Shown here piece by piece: positions 45,057-57,133 of a stretch of 64,000 nucleotides of DNA. The translations under genes were made by a program, and so were the position numbers. Within the stretch, counting starts at the first letter, position 1, and every line of letters starts with the position of its first letter. Source of the stretch: Corallochytrium limacisporum Hawaii (taxonomy: Eukaryota; Protista; Pluriformea); contig PDIP01000089.1 of NCBI GenBank assembly GCA_002811645.1, positions 46,911 through 110,910 of the forward strand, given 5' to 3'. Under the pieces are notes generated by a model. The model was not told the DNA's origin. It worked only from the letters and a program-made list of their open reading frames with translations, and did no database searches.

Positions 45057-46069
45057 TATTTTCCCAGCAGGCCTGGTGTCCGTTTTCTTGATTTTTAGCA
45101 AAATATTCCACATAAAGTGACTGAGGTGTCTCGAAAGATGCAATTGATTGTGACGGTGCGCGCGTGAGAGATAGCTCACAAGTTAGTTTGTTTGAATCTG
45201 GTCATAAGATTGAGGTGCATGTGGGTGGGAGAGGAAGCGAAAGAAGAATGAGTAAAACTTATACGTGGCATGCGAAGCATCCTTGGGCTGGTAGGTGTTC
45301 CCGGGATAGCTCACAGTGCCACGACTGATCTCGCGCACTCCATTTTAAACCAGGAGACATTTCCCGAGGGACTCTCCGGTTAGGTAAAAGAACGCTGAGT
45401 TTTAATAGTTTAAATGGTTCTAAGTAAGTAAAGATCAGCGACAACAACCACTCAATGTTCCGTACACAGTCTGTTTTGAAATAGCTGCATTCAAAAACTC
45501 AGGGTTCAAAAGACAATTTTTCATATCTCCAAACAATAGAGAAAGGAGCCCCAGGTACACTGCATGCATGAAGGGTGAGTGAGTTGCCACCGATTCCCCC
45601 TTCCCCAGGGACCACCTGCGGTGTTACCTCCCCTCTATCACAAATAACACACAACAAATTTCACACACAACCAGGACCAACAAAAAATTCTGCAATATAT
45701 TTTGACGAAATTTTGCGTAGCAAAAGTGAGCGGCGGGGGAGTTCATTTGCAGTACATAATGCACTTGAACCATCTGAAGAACAGTTCCCAATACTAAATG
45801 TATGTCTGCCCTAGTTTCAGTATCGCCGCTGAATGGGTGCCACCTGTGAGCGCTGGTTATTGGAGACTTTCCAGTATAAACCTTGTCTTCAACGCCCATC
45901 CAATAGTTTCGACATAACAAAAGTATGTACCAGAGAGAACTCCTATAGGAGTATTCACTATACAGCGAATGGTATTTGAGATCAGCACGTACTAGTAACT
46001 ACCCGCTCATAGTCCGTGCCATTGTGTTTCATATCTCGGGACTACACAAACTACGTACATTAAGCAATC

Positions 46070-46519
46070 ATGCCTGGTGCCACCGTCAAGGACGTTACCC
46101 CCTCTGAGTTCATCACTGCCTACGCTGCTTTCCTGAAGCAGTCCGGCAAGATGGACGTTCCCGCCTGGGCTGAACTGTGCAAGACTGGCGTTAACAAGGA
46201 ACTGGCCCCATACGACCGCGACTGGTTCTACATCCGCTCTGCTGCCGTGGCACGCCACGTCTACCTGAAGTCCAAGACCGGCAACCCTGCTGGTCTCGGT
46301 GTGGGCCGCATCTCTCGCATCTTTGGTTCCACTTTCCGCCGCGGTGTCCGCCCTGAGCACTTCCGCGCCGGATCCAAGTCCGTTGCCCGCCACTCCCTTC
46401 ACCAGCTCGAGAAGTGCGGTGTTGTCGAGAAGGCCCCCAACGGTGGTCGCCGTGTGACCGCTGAGGGTCAGCGCGATATGGACCGGATCGCCACTCAGGT
46501 CCTGAACAGCCGCCAGTAG
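46070..46519 (+). CDS. RPS19: 40S ribosomal protein S19 (eS19)
   Basis: MPGATVKDV...KELAPYDRDWFYIRSAAVARHVYL...GGRRVTAEGQRDMDRIA; strongly biased codons. Confidence 0.98.
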   Translation: MPGATVKDVTPSEFITAYAAFLKQSGKMDVPAWAELCKTGVNKELAPYDRDWFYIRSAAVARHVYLKSKTGNPAGLGVGRISRIFGSTFRRGVRPEHFRAGSKSVARHSLHQLEKCGVVEKAPNGGRRVTAEGQRDMDRIATQVLNSRQ

Positions 46520-46916
46520 GTGGTGAGTCAAGGTCCCTCAGCATCGGGTTTTTGACAACATTTAATCATCTTCGCATAATCCTAGCATCTTTTAACATGT
46601 ACCATCATCGTATTATGACATAGAAAATACCCATACGGTTGATCCTGGGGCTTATAAGCAAGGATCAAACTACCCACAATTCATTACAAACGGCTCCGGA
46701 GACTGAATCATCCATCGTGATCATTGCAGTCTCGTCCAGGAAGTCTAGTAAGTTTGCCATGTTCTTTACAAAACATGGGTAAATTGTCTTCCCCTTTTTC
46801 GTGTTTTGTGTTTGCTTAGCCGTGTATGAGATCATTTTGTAAAGAAGGCACGGTGAGTTTGATGTTGCATATGGATTTTCTTTTATTTTTAAAACGGGAA
46901 CATGACGGACGAGCTC

Positions 46917-49900
46917 TTACTCCACAGTGGACCGAGTCGCGAGGTTTGGGACGGATGAACACATAAGTCCGATGTTCTCCAAGAATGACATCCACCGCGT
47001 CTTTTCGTCGGCATTGCGCATCATCATGTACAGCGTGCCCGTCTCCAGTTCGCCAGTGCACGGAGGCGTTCCGCTAGAACACTTCTTGTGGCAGGTAGTG
47101 CTGCACAGCTTACAACTGTATGCTGACTGTGTAATGCCGATCGCCTCAGCGCAGACTTTGCACCACTCAGATTTCAGGCCCTTGGAGACATGGTTGAGAA
47201 CGTGACCGTTAACTTTGAGTGCGTTCTTTTCGTCGTTTCCATTAGTCAACAGGTTGCGGGTCTGCCCAGACTTCTTGGAGAAGAGGATGAGAATAATCTT
47301 CTCCACGGCTGTCTTGTTGATGTGGATAAGATCAATGCGGGTAGCCTCGCGAACAAAGACAATATCCTGGATGTCAATAATTTGAGTCGGCTTGTGCGCT
47401 GTCTTGTGGTCGAGGTCATCGAAAATCATTAGGCTCCTGTTCGTAGCCACAGCATAGAATTTCTTCCAGCTGGACTTGTTCTTGGACTTGCCCTTGGGCA
47501 GTTTTACCCAGTCCTCGAGACGGTTTGAGCCATCGATGTTCTCAACACTCACGGCCAAGGAGCGCATGTTCATGTTCATGTCCAGATCAGAAGCCTCCGA
47601 TATGTAGACATTTCCATTGCTTGATCCGGCATCGATGTCCTGGCTGCAACTCTTACTAGGAGGCATCAACAATGACATGGACGAGCCACCTCCGCGGGAC
47701 ACTTCGCCAGATTCGCGCAGACCAGGGGGACCCAGGCGCTTCGCAGACTCTACAATTTGGTGCTTCAGAGCCTCGTACCGCTTCTTGTAATCTGATGCTT
47801 CGGTTTGGGCAGCGTCCGCCATCATCTTGAGGTCGTTTCTTTCCTTCTCGGACCTGTTGAGAGCCATCTGCACAGTCTTGATCTCATACTTCAGTGTCTT
47901 GAGTTCCTTGGCTTGCTTCAAGGTGTCCCTGTTGAGCGGGCGCACAGCGGCAAGCTCGGCAATCTTGCGCACCGACTGCTGCTGCTTCTCCTTCTCAATC
48001 TTGAACTTGGATCGCAGTTCGCTCATCTCCGCTTGTGCATCTTCCAAGGACTTCTTCATGGTGTCCAGTTCAACTTGCAGTGTCTCGCGGGCAGCCTCCA
48101 CGTCCTCAATTTCGGCTTTGAGCTCATCCTTATCGCTCTCAAGGTTGCGGATACTGCTCTGCAGATTGTCCACAACAATGTCCTTGTTGCTCATTTCACT
48201 CTCCATCTTGTCAATTGTGGCGTTGAAGTCGGCAACCTTGGCATCGCGATCGGCAGTTAGGCTGGTAATTTCCTTCTCCAGGTTGGACAATTTTTTCTCC
48301 AGGTCGGGTACAACGGCAGCCTTCTCTCGCTCCGCGTCACGGACGGCCTCGAGGACGCTGACTTCCTTGCGGAGCTTCTCAAGCTCGTCAGCATTGCCTG
48401 CCTTGGCCTTGGCCAAGTCGTCCTGGACCTTGCGCAAGGTGTCTGCAGCGGCGGCAGAGTTTTCGGCCATTTCGTCTTCGACGCTGCGCACACGCTGGCG
48501 CAAATCTCCGATTTCCTCCTCTAACGAGTGCTTCTCGTTCTCAGATGCTCTTGCCGCTGCCTTGGAGGTGCTGAGCTCCTTGCGCAGGCGATCCAGATCG
48601 CTCTGCAATTCCTGGACTTGCTCATGTGATTCCACGCTCGTGATTGTGGCCGCCTTCTGTGCAGAATCCAGCTCTCCGGACATGCTCTCGAGCTGAGCCT
48701 GCAGCTCGTCCGCACGAATCTTCTCCTTTTGAATGTCCGAACGCATGGCCTTGACACTATCTACGGCGGCTGCCTGGTCTTTGAAGGCCTTGTCAAGTTT
48801 CCGCTTCATGTCGCTCTTTTGGGACTCCAGGTCCAGAGCGCGGTTTTCCGCTTCAGTCTTCTCCTGGAAGATGTTGCGGCCTTTGGCCTTCTCCTCGCGG
48901 AGCTTCTCCTTCGTCTTTTCGAGCTCGTCTTTCACCTCCTCCTTGGTCATTCCGTCGTCGTCTCCGGCAGGTTTGGCGGTCTCCAGTTCCTCTTGCAGTT
49001 CTTTCACCCGCTTCTCCATCTGTTGGCGGGTCTGCGTCTCAGATTCAAGGGTCCGTTTTGCTTTCTTCAACTCCAGGTCGGCATTGGCATGGTCCTTCAT
49101 CAGCGTAGCATTCTTAGACTGCAGCTCTTCGAAGAGCTTCTGGGAAGAGTCCTGCTGACGCTGTAGACGATCCAGATGCCGTTGTGCCGTGCGCTTCTCT
49201 CCCTCTAGAGCCATCTTGGCCATGGCCTCTGCTTCGTACTTGGCACGCCAGTCCACGCCCTCTTCATCTGGCAGACTGCTTGTGGACCCCTGGGATGTGA
49301 CTTGCGGTAGTGCGTCACCGTTTGCGGGCACACTGACGGGAGTCACGGTCGCTGTTCCGTTTGCCTGTCCACAGCTGAAGGTGTCGTTCTTGATGTAGGT
49401 GTAACCCACGAAAGGCAACTGGTTTCCAGCGAATCCCTTGGCTGGCAAGAACTCTTCACTTTCATTCTCATCGTCGAAGTCATCAAAATTGGAGGTGTCG
49501 TCATCGCTCTTGACTTCAGGGACGATGGGTGGGCTCATCTTGCGAATCCTATCCCAATCAATTCCGGTGAAGAAGCTGTGGTTCTTGAAATCAGCGGTGC
49601 CGTGGTGCCCAAGACGAACCTTACGGTCACAAAGTAGTGCACGGATCAGCTCCTTGCTGACGTCACTGACTTTCACTTCGGCCTCGGCATCATTGAATTG
49701 TAGCTTGTTCTTGTGGTCCATAATGTTTGAGTACGTGCCCAGCAAATCATCAGAGTAGAACGGCGTCTCACCATAGTACATTTCGTACATGATGATGCCG
49801 ACGCTCCACCAATCAACTTCCCGCCCATATTCAATAGGCGCACCCTGGCTTTCAAGTACCTCAGGACTAATGTAGTCAGGAGTACCGACGGCCGCAGACG

Positions 49901-50600
49901 ACTTGATCAAACCGCGTTCATCAAGCTTCACGGCAGAACCGAAATCTGTAATCCTCAAGTGACCCGTCCGGTCAAGAAGAAGATTGTCTGGCTTCACATC
50001 TCGGTGGACGTATCCCATCTCGTGAATATGATTTATGGCGCAAATGGTCTCTGCAATGTAGAAGCGAACCCAGTCTTCCGTGAAGGTAAACTTGCACATC
50101 AAGGTGACCAAATCACCGCCCGGCATGTATTCCATGCAGAGATACAAGAATTTTTCGTCATGGAATGCGTAGTGCAGGCCAATCGTCCAATGGCTGTTAC
50201 TGAAGGCTAGGATGTCACGCTCAGCCCAGTACAGCGCAGTCTCTGATTTTTGCAACATGACAGCCTTATTGAGCAGCTTCATGGCGTAGACTTTCTTGTT
50301 CTCATTGTGCCTAACAACATGAACCTCACCAAAGGCACCACGGCCGATTACCTTGAGCAGTTCAAAGTCACGGCGGCCTACCCGATTCTCAAGCATACGT
50401 CCGTAGTGATCCTTATAGTTTTCGCAAAACATTTGTACTGGTTGCAGCTTCTGTAAAGCAGGAACCTGCAGCTCCTTGTACAGAGCCCAGAGGGCGTCCA
50501 TAAGAGAGTCCATGTAAATTTTGGAGTCCTTGCGGGTCGCAACCTCTTGGAACAGGGTTCCCACCCTGGCATCCAATGCACTCGCCTTTGTCGGTGCCAT
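46917..50600 (-). CDS. ROCK: Rho-associated protein kinase
   Basis: KVIGRGAFGEV..YAMKLL..YWAERDILAF..VGTPDYISPEVL..FAGNQLPFVGYTY; long coiled coil; RBD-like QQSVRKIAEL; PH domain split by a C1 domain. Confidence 0.93.
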   Translation of the reverse strand: MAPTKASALDARVGTLFQEVATRKDSKIYMDSLMDALWALYKELQVPALQKLQPVQMFCENYKDHYGRMLENRVGRRDFELLKVIGRGAFGEVHVVRHNENKKVYAMKLLNKAVMLQKSETALYWAERDILAFSNSHWTIGLHYAFHDEKFLYLCMEYMPGGDLVTLMCKFTFTEDWVRFYIAETICAINHIHEMGYVHRDVKPDNLLLDRTGHLRITDFGSAVKLDERGLIKSSAAVGTPDYISPEVLESQGAPIEYGREVDWWSVGIIMYEMYYGETPFYSDDLLGTYSNIMDHKNKLQFNDAEAEVKVSDVSKELIRALLCDRKVRLGHHGTADFKNHSFFTGIDWDRIRKMSPPIVPEVKSDDDTSNFDDFDDENESEEFLPAKGFAGNQLPFVGYTYIKNDTFSCGQANGTATVTPVSVPANGDALPQVTSQGSTSSLPDEEGVDWRAKYEAEAMAKMALEGEKRTAQRHLDRLQRQQDSSQKLFEELQSKNATLMKDHANADLELKKAKRTLESETQTRQQMEKRVKELQEELETAKPAGDDDGMTKEEVKDELEKTKEKLREEKAKGRNIFQEKTEAENRALDLESQKSDMKRKLDKAFKDQAAAVDSVKAMRSDIQKEKIRADELQAQLESMSGELDSAQKAATITSVESHEQVQELQSDLDRLRKELSTSKAAARASENEKHSLEEEIGDLRQRVRSVEDEMAENSAAAADTLRKVQDDLAKAKAGNADELEKLRKEVSVLEAVRDAEREKAAVVPDLEKKLSNLEKEITSLTADRDAKVADFNATIDKMESEMSNKDIVVDNLQSSIRNLESDKDELKAEIEDVEAARETLQVELDTMKKSLEDAQAEMSELRSKFKIEKEKQQQSVRKIAELAAVRPLNRDTLKQAKELKTLKYEIKTVQMALNRSEKERNDLKMMADAAQTEASDYKKRYEALKHQIVESAKRLGPPGLRESGEVSRGGGSSMSLLMPPSKSCSQDIDAGSSNGNVYISEASDLDMNMNMRSLAVSVENIDGSNRLEDWVKLPKGKSKNKSSWKKFYAVATNRSLMIFDDLDHKTAHKPTQIIDIQDIVFVREATRIDLIHINKTAVEKIILILFSKKSGQTRNLLTNGNDEKNALKVNGHVLNHVSKGLKSEWCKVCAEAIGITQSAYSCKLCSTTCHKKCSSGTPPCTGELETGTLYMMMRNADEKTRWMSFLENIGLMCSSVPNLATRSTVE

Positions 50601-51099
50601 TGTGTTCTGATTTCTGTTCTTTAGTATGCCAGTCCCCAAGGCTTCTCTAGCAGTCCTCTATTTGCATATCACGGCAAATGCCCTTTCCTTGCGCGTCCGG
50701 ACGACGTTATGTACTGACTTGAAAAAGGCGCCAACAGTGCTTCGTTCCCGTCTGTATTCTTGCAGTTCGGAAGATTATTCTGCGGAATCCGCTCAAACTT
50801 CAACTAGAGTACAAACACCGATTCGGTTTGTTACTATACTTCCGATGTAATCTGGCCTTTGGAAGCCGATTTTTCCCATGATATCACTAGCCTTTCGTCA
50901 CCCAGGAAAGAGGTCAATGGTTCCCAAGTACCAACCGGGTTGAAGGATCACTGTAATTGTGTTTGCTATATGTCCACGACGAAACAACGAAATGTCTCCA
51001 CTGCTTAAACATAATACTGTGTATGAGTTTCCAGAAGGAACACGACCAATTTTTCTTCGCTCTTGTCGGTTTTTTTTTGTTTTCATTTGTCCAATGATC

Positions 51100-53860
51100 C
51101 TCCTCGTCCGAATGGTTCAGTGTCATTCCCCGCTCTCTCTCTCTCTGCCCCTCCGGTGCCCGACCGTTCCGAAAAGGGGAGCGGGGGGGTGGCAGAACTG
51201 GTCGGACTGAGACCCCTCCCCCAACCCGTTCCCTTCCGTTCTTTCGGGCGCGAAGTTTCGGGCCCAAGTGTTGCCTTGAGTCGCGCCCACCTTTGGCGGG
51301 AAATCCCCAGTCTTTCTTCTCCTTCCCTTCCCCCCCCCATCGCTAACCCCCCCCTCTTTTTGCACGGCAGTGCTTGGGTGGTGGTGGTGGTGGTGGTGGG
51401 TGGTTGTGTGTGTGTGTGCCTCTTTGTCTCACTTTTTCTTTTGCTTTTTCGCCAGGGCGTCCGCCCCTTTTTCTTTTTCTCTCTCTCTCCCTCTCTCTCT
51501 CTCTGTTTCTTTTATTCTTTTGTTGTCTTTTTGAGACCCCCGCCGCATCCTTGTTGATGGCATGCGACCAATTCCCGACGCGAAAATCAATTCATTCGGT
51601 ATGGAAAAGGACCAATCAATTCCGAGGCCGCGGGGGGGAGGGGGAGGAGAGAGAGAGAGAGAAGGGAGGAAGAGAGGTAGAGGGGGGGGGGAAGGGAGAC
51701 GGGTGGCCCACCACCGCTCATGCGCGTTCGGTCTCTCGGGTTTTTTATTTTACTTTTGTAAATTCGTCGCAAGGGAGAAGGCAGGAGGAACATATCTCCT
51801 CAGCAACGGGAAATATTGCCTCACTTCCATCCGTATATTCAGTACTGGAACTGGCGTGGAGCTGAGAAACCAAAGAAAAAGCGGGTTGGGAAGGGGGGGA
51901 GGGGCGCGTTTGGATGGGAGGAAGAGAGGAGGGGGGAGGGGGGGAAACGCGTAGTTCCCTGAGCGACCGGAATAAAATCTTTGTGCGCGGCAAGAAAAAG
52001 AGAGAGAGAAAGCTGCCTGTTTTCAGATTAAAACCCGGGCAAGAATGGGAACTGGCACGCGTTCTTGTGCGCGCTTGACTTCACTTCGCCCGGCCCCGGG
52101 AGCGGAGGGGGGGGGGGCTTGGGACCAGCGAACGAGCAGCGGGGCCCCGGGGGGAAGGGGGGGAAATGACTGTTCTTCCTTCGTTTTCATTCCCGCGAGG
52201 CTCACGGTTTCACAGAGTTTTTTCCGGCCAATCACCGTTGCTGCCCAGGGACTGGGCGGAAACGGAGAACCACTCCCCGAGGGTGAGTGCACCGGGAAAA
52301 ATAGCAATGCAACAAACTCCAGCATTGGCCGACCCTCTCTTCAGGCGGGGGGCGCGGGCTGGCTGGCTGGCCTGGCCTGGCCTGAATTTAGACTTTTGCT
52401 TTTTTTCATTCTCGGAAATTCTCTAGAATTAAAGGAGCGCAAAAAAAAACATTCGACAGTCATTCCTGCTCTCTTGCTGCTGGCTGCCTGACTGGCCGGC
52501 CCTGTCTCTCCTTTTTCGTTCCGTTCCCCACAAAGGAAACGAAAGAAAACCTCCCCCTTTTTTCCCCTTTTCCTTTGGTCTCCGTCTCTGTCTCTCTACC
52601 CCGTGCCTGCGTTTATGAGCCTTGGCCCGGGCCATATTTCTCCCAAGCGCCCGCGCAGCCCCTTTTGCGCGGCGCCCGGAGTAGGAAGAACGAGAGAGGA
52701 AACGCCGTGCACCGGCTTCCCTTACTGAAAGTACCGGAATGCCGTCCAAAAAAGCCACAAGCCCTCCCTGCCATCGGTCCTTCTCGTCCCGGGTGATTTC
52801 TTGGGGAGCCGGGCAAAAGGAAAAGAAAGAAAGAAAGAAAAAAAATGAAAAGAGGGAGAAGAGGGGGGGGGGGGACCGAAAAGGCTGTCGCGGCTCTGTC
52901 CTGTCCAACCCTTCCTGCGCCACACCATTCTCCCCCCCCCTTCCCCTCTTCCCGCCGTTTCCATCTTTTTTTATTAAAAGAAAATTGCTACTACTCTGGG
53001 CGTCTCCTTATCTTTTGTTCCAATATACACTGTGCACAGCATAACAACCCCTTCCAAACTATTTTTGTAACCAGTTCTCTTCGCTCGCCCTCTCTCTCTC
53101 TCTCTCTTTCGCTGTATCCTGTGTCTCCCTCCCTTTCCATTATTATGAAGGGTGTCATTTTTTTATCCCCTTGTGCCCATCACGCGGGTCCGTTCCGGAG
53201 CTCTCACTCCCAGCGCTGGGGTTTTGTTACATGGACCGGAGTGGACCAGTTAGTTCGGTATGGCCCCTAAATTCCTTCCCCCGACTCTCTTCCCTTGTAT
53301 ATATTTTCTTTTTATTTTTCTTTCTTGTCTATGTGAACAGATTTTGTCCCGTCCCTTTTTTTGTCTTTTTATATTTCCAGGTAATACTTTCTTTTTTTAT
53401 TCTCTGTCTCTCGTCCCCCCCCCCTTCCCCCCTTCCCTCCGCTTTTTATTTTGTATTTTTTTTTTAATTCTTTGGTAGCGCTCCGCGCGTCGCTTGGAGA
53501 AGGGCACGGAGGTTGTCGGGGGTCGCATTTTCCAGCGTGCCGCTGATTGGCTGCAGCCGTGCGGCCATGGCAGCCCACCCAGCCAGATTGCAATGGGTGC
53601 GTTTGGCTGGGAGGGACAAAACCGGGGGAAGTCGGGAGGTGGAAGGGAGGGGAGGAGAAAAGAGGGGGGTGGGGAGTTTTCTTCAGGCGGGTCGGGAAGG
53701 GAAGGGAAGGGAAGGGAAGGGAAGGGAAGGGAAGGGGGGTTTTTTGGAGACGAAAGGGAGGTGAGCACGGGCGGGGTGGAGCCGTAGTCCGTGGGCTGTT
53801 CCGGAGGGCGGAGTCGTTGCTGGAGGGGACCAAGCGGCCCACGACCAGGCATGGATGACA
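51100..53860. promoter_or_regulatory. Large GC-rich, homopolymer-rich island upstream of ROCK
   Basis: Poly-G/C and poly-T tracts, GA/CT repeats, CCAAT boxes (~52228, ~53545); no credible ORF. Confidence 0.55.
53694..53733. repeat. (GGGAA)8 pentanucleotide repeat, potential G-quadruplex
   Basis: Eight perfect GGGAA units followed by G6. Confidence 0.92.
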
Positions 53861-54225
53861 GTGCTTTAGGCTGAGTTTCTTTTGTTTAAGCATGCTTGCA
53901 TTCCGTGGTGTGATGCGGATTTAAGACAATGTTGTTACTGTAACAATGATTGGGGGAAATATGAATGAAGAGGGAAGGGCAACGCATATGCGGATTTGGC
54001 TTGTGTGCCCACAGTTTGACCAGTCACCATCGTTGCCTTCATCGGGAATCGTCCATGCACACATCATCGAACACTTAAATGACGCCCACCAGTTTAAAAC
54101 AAAGCGTCCTGCGGAGATTGGGGACCTTGGGCATGCTAAGCTAAAGTACTGTGTATATGTTACTATTCGTTATGGTGAAGTTTTGGTACGCAGAAAGCCC
54201 CATGTGTTTGTTGATGGCTCGCGGT

Positions 54226-56628
54226 CTATACCGATTCGACTGAGGGAGACCGTTCGGACAGGGGTTCCACACCGGGCACTTTCTGGCCGTTCAAGAAGGA
54301 GTTCAGCACGTAGCCGTGCTCATCTGCCTGCAGAGTCACGTTCTTGATCGCTTTCAACTGCTCATTCGGGAGGATATATCTGAGACCCTGGCGCAGCAAG
54401 TCTTCACTCGTTTGGGAATACTTGCATTCTTCGGATGCCCGCTCCCGATGAAGGGCACGGATAGCCTCGCTCAGATACTGCAAAGTGGCCTTGTTGATGG
54501 GCTGGCCACCAAATTTGCGTAGTGCTCCAGTGTGTGGACGCCAGTCATGCGCCATGCGGAAATAGACGTCCTGTAGCAGTTCAGCGTACTCTTGTCTTTT
54601 CGATTTCTGAACGACTGGTGCACGTACCTTCTCGAGCATCGACACAAATTTTGCATCACTCCACAGCCGTGTTATGATTACTGGATGCTCTACTTCCCCA
54701 TGGTGAAGCCTGAATGCAAAGAGGGCTGTTGCAAACTTTCTGACCGTCTCATCGTCGGCAAAGCCTAGATCCTCTGGCCAAAGATTCAATCCCTTCAAGA
54801 TATCCTCCCTTACATCTCTCAATACAATTGAATTGGCACCCAGCACGGATGGATGCGCCATCATAAACATAATCTCAATGGCATCCTTTAAAGCAACATG
54901 GCGCCTGCGCCTTTCTGTCGCATTCAAACCGAATGCAGATGCAGTGTTGGCTTCGATAAACTTCGGGATGGACGGGATAGTCATATGTGCCACAATGTTG
55001 TCGATACTGTTGACCTTAGAACACGCTTGATAACAATGGAAGATATCGATGCAGGCTTTCAGATACTTCTGCACTTCAACGTGCTCAAGGTTGTCACTGA
55101 GAAAAACGGTCTCGTCAGGCGTTTCCTTACCGTCATCCTCAGTGTTTCCCTCGGTTTCATCCGCATTCTCCTCTTGTTGACTCTCCTCGGCTTGGATGAC
55201 GGTGGTCGTTTTCGTCCTCCCTAAAACCTTCTGAGTCAGATCCTCCACTGCCATCCATCGAATATAGTGGATGTGTCGATCACGGATGAGGGTAGGGTCA
55301 GGTACGGGAGGCTTCCATGCCCTCTCCAAGACAGCAATGATGCGTTTGGAAAGCTGACGCCTCTTCTGGTTGTCCGGCATTTGCAGATGCAGCTGGATCC
55401 ACAAGAATATCAGATTGTGACTCTTTCTGCGGGCCACACTCAAGTCAATCATATGAATCAGTGAATTCTGCTGTTGCTCCTTGTTAAGATGTCGATTCAC
55501 CAACTTGATGTAAGGTTCTACGACCTTGATCGCCAACGATGTTGGCGGTACCTGCATCATCCAAAGGTCACCAAGTTTATCAAAGTGGACATCTACGAAC
55601 TCGGAGAGCAGGCGTTGAAAGCCATCCGCAAGGGTTCGCCACTTAAACCCAATGGGCTGCAGTGGCCCTGTCGTGAAAGCCTGTTCCAGTAGTTGAGCTC
55701 TAAGATGTAGACGCAGCAACGGGTCACCCTGGAGGAGAGACAGTTTCCCAAACAGGTCAGCGCATAACCTGAAATCCACTTTGTAGAGGTGACAGTCCTG
55801 CATTGCTTGTTCCATCATGCGATTATGGATATCGCTCACTTCAAGCAGGGTCTCTTCGGAGTCGAAACTCCAAGGAGTAGTGTATCCACTCGCTCTACAG
55901 TCCGCCAGGTACAGTAAATATGGAATGGCTTTGTACCTCAGAACACCATTAGGATCATCGACAGCACGAGAAAGACTCGAATACAGTTGCTGCGTTTGTC
56001 CCACTTTCTTTATACCTTCAGTGAGCACCATTGCGCCAGTGTACGTCAAGGCTGCTCCTTGTGGTCGGGTAGCTTGTGCAAACTCACCGGCCCGCGGCAA
56101 GTTTGTCTTCTTTCTAGGAGCTGTCGCCGGTGACGAAGAGTCCTTGCTCTGCTTTCCGGAATGTATTGGCCTTCCGGAGCCCTTCGTCTCCGATTTTGAA
56201 GGTGAACGCTTCGGCCTTTTCGCAGATCCTTCAACATCTAAGATTTTCTTCGCACTACGCTTAGCACGGATACCGCTAATCCTCCGTACCTTTACAACTA
56301 TAGGTGGCTTCACATCCGCTACGACCACATTTGGCGGTGTCTCAGTCGCAGATTCCTTCAGAATGACCTGCAATGCTTTCTTCATTTCTTCAACCTTGGC
56401 AGTCTTAAAGCCTTCAAGCGATTGTTTCTTCGTTGTGATTCTGTCCGTTTTGCTACCAGCTTTACTCACTTGGCGTTTTTCGAGTGATTTAACTTTCCTT
56501 GCCGGCTCAGTGAGCTTTACCGGCTTGGGAAGGCTGGGATGCTTTGGTGCGGTTGTTGACAGTCCTGCGACCCATGGTATCTGCCAGCGAATTAAGTGGG
56601 GCCTTGAGGCCCTCCAAATCAATGACAT
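54226..56628 (-). CDS. Hypothetical 800-aa protein, possibly mitochondrion-targeted, with a helical C-terminal region
   Basis: Long ORF; N-terminus is basic and free of acidic residues; Lys-rich low-complexity region. No family recognised. Confidence 0.8.
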   Translation of the reverse strand: MSLIWRASRPHLIRWQIPWVAGLSTTAPKHPSLPKPVKLTEPARKVKSLEKRQVSKAGSKTDRITTKKQSLEGFKTAKVEEMKKALQVILKESATETPPNVVVADVKPPIVVKVRRISGIRAKRSAKKILDVEGSAKRPKRSPSKSETKGSGRPIHSGKQSKDSSSPATAPRKKTNLPRAGEFAQATRPQGAALTYTGAMVLTEGIKKVGQTQQLYSSLSRAVDDPNGVLRYKAIPYLLYLADCRASGYTTPWSFDSEETLLEVSDIHNRMMEQAMQDCHLYKVDFRLCADLFGKLSLLQGDPLLRLHLRAQLLEQAFTTGPLQPIGFKWRTLADGFQRLLSEFVDVHFDKLGDLWMMQVPPTSLAIKVVEPYIKLVNRHLNKEQQQNSLIHMIDLSVARRKSHNLIFLWIQLHLQMPDNQKRRQLSKRIIAVLERAWKPPVPDPTLIRDRHIHYIRWMAVEDLTQKVLGRTKTTTVIQAEESQQEENADETEGNTEDDGKETPDETVFLSDNLEHVEVQKYLKACIDIFHCYQACSKVNSIDNIVAHMTIPSIPKFIEANTASAFGLNATERRRRHVALKDAIEIMFMMAHPSVLGANSIVLRDVREDILKGLNLWPEDLGFADDETVRKFATALFAFRLHHGEVEHPVIITRLWSDAKFVSMLEKVRAPVVQKSKRQEYAELLQDVYFRMAHDWRPHTGALRKFGGQPINKATLQYLSEAIRALHRERASEECKYSQTSEDLLRQGLRYILPNEQLKAIKNVTLQADEHGYVLNSFLNGQKVPGVEPLSERSPSVESV

Positions 56629-57133
56629 CTATAGTTTCATATGAAAGAGGCCCAAACGCGCCTTCGCGAACCCTATGGCCAACAATCAAGACCCAACCCG
56701 GTCTCAAATTGTCGCTGTATCCGTGTCATTCTTCGTCTTCTGTGGTTCGATCTCCCATCATTTTCCTCATACACAATGCATCGATCCAGGTCGTCATTAC
56801 ATTACATACTAATTCCCAAGGAACCATTCTGAAATAGCTCAGTGTTGACCTAAAAAACGCGTGTCCCGCCAAAACACGTCTTAGAGTACCCTGCTGCGCG
56901 ACTGCTTGAGACCCGCCTCAGGCCCCGATTGCACGCGGGACTCTACGCGATATTAGGGCTTGAAAATGGACTCCTGTTTCCGCTTCCCCCCCTTGCTCCA
57001 CTGCCCGCTCAGCCGTGGCTGTGAGCACTCGCAACAAACACGGCAATGAGGAGCTCTGCGTATTTAGAGTGCTTCTAACTCTTCGTTGCGGTCGTGCTAG
57101 GAAGATTTTGTCAATTAGACACGTAATGCAGTC

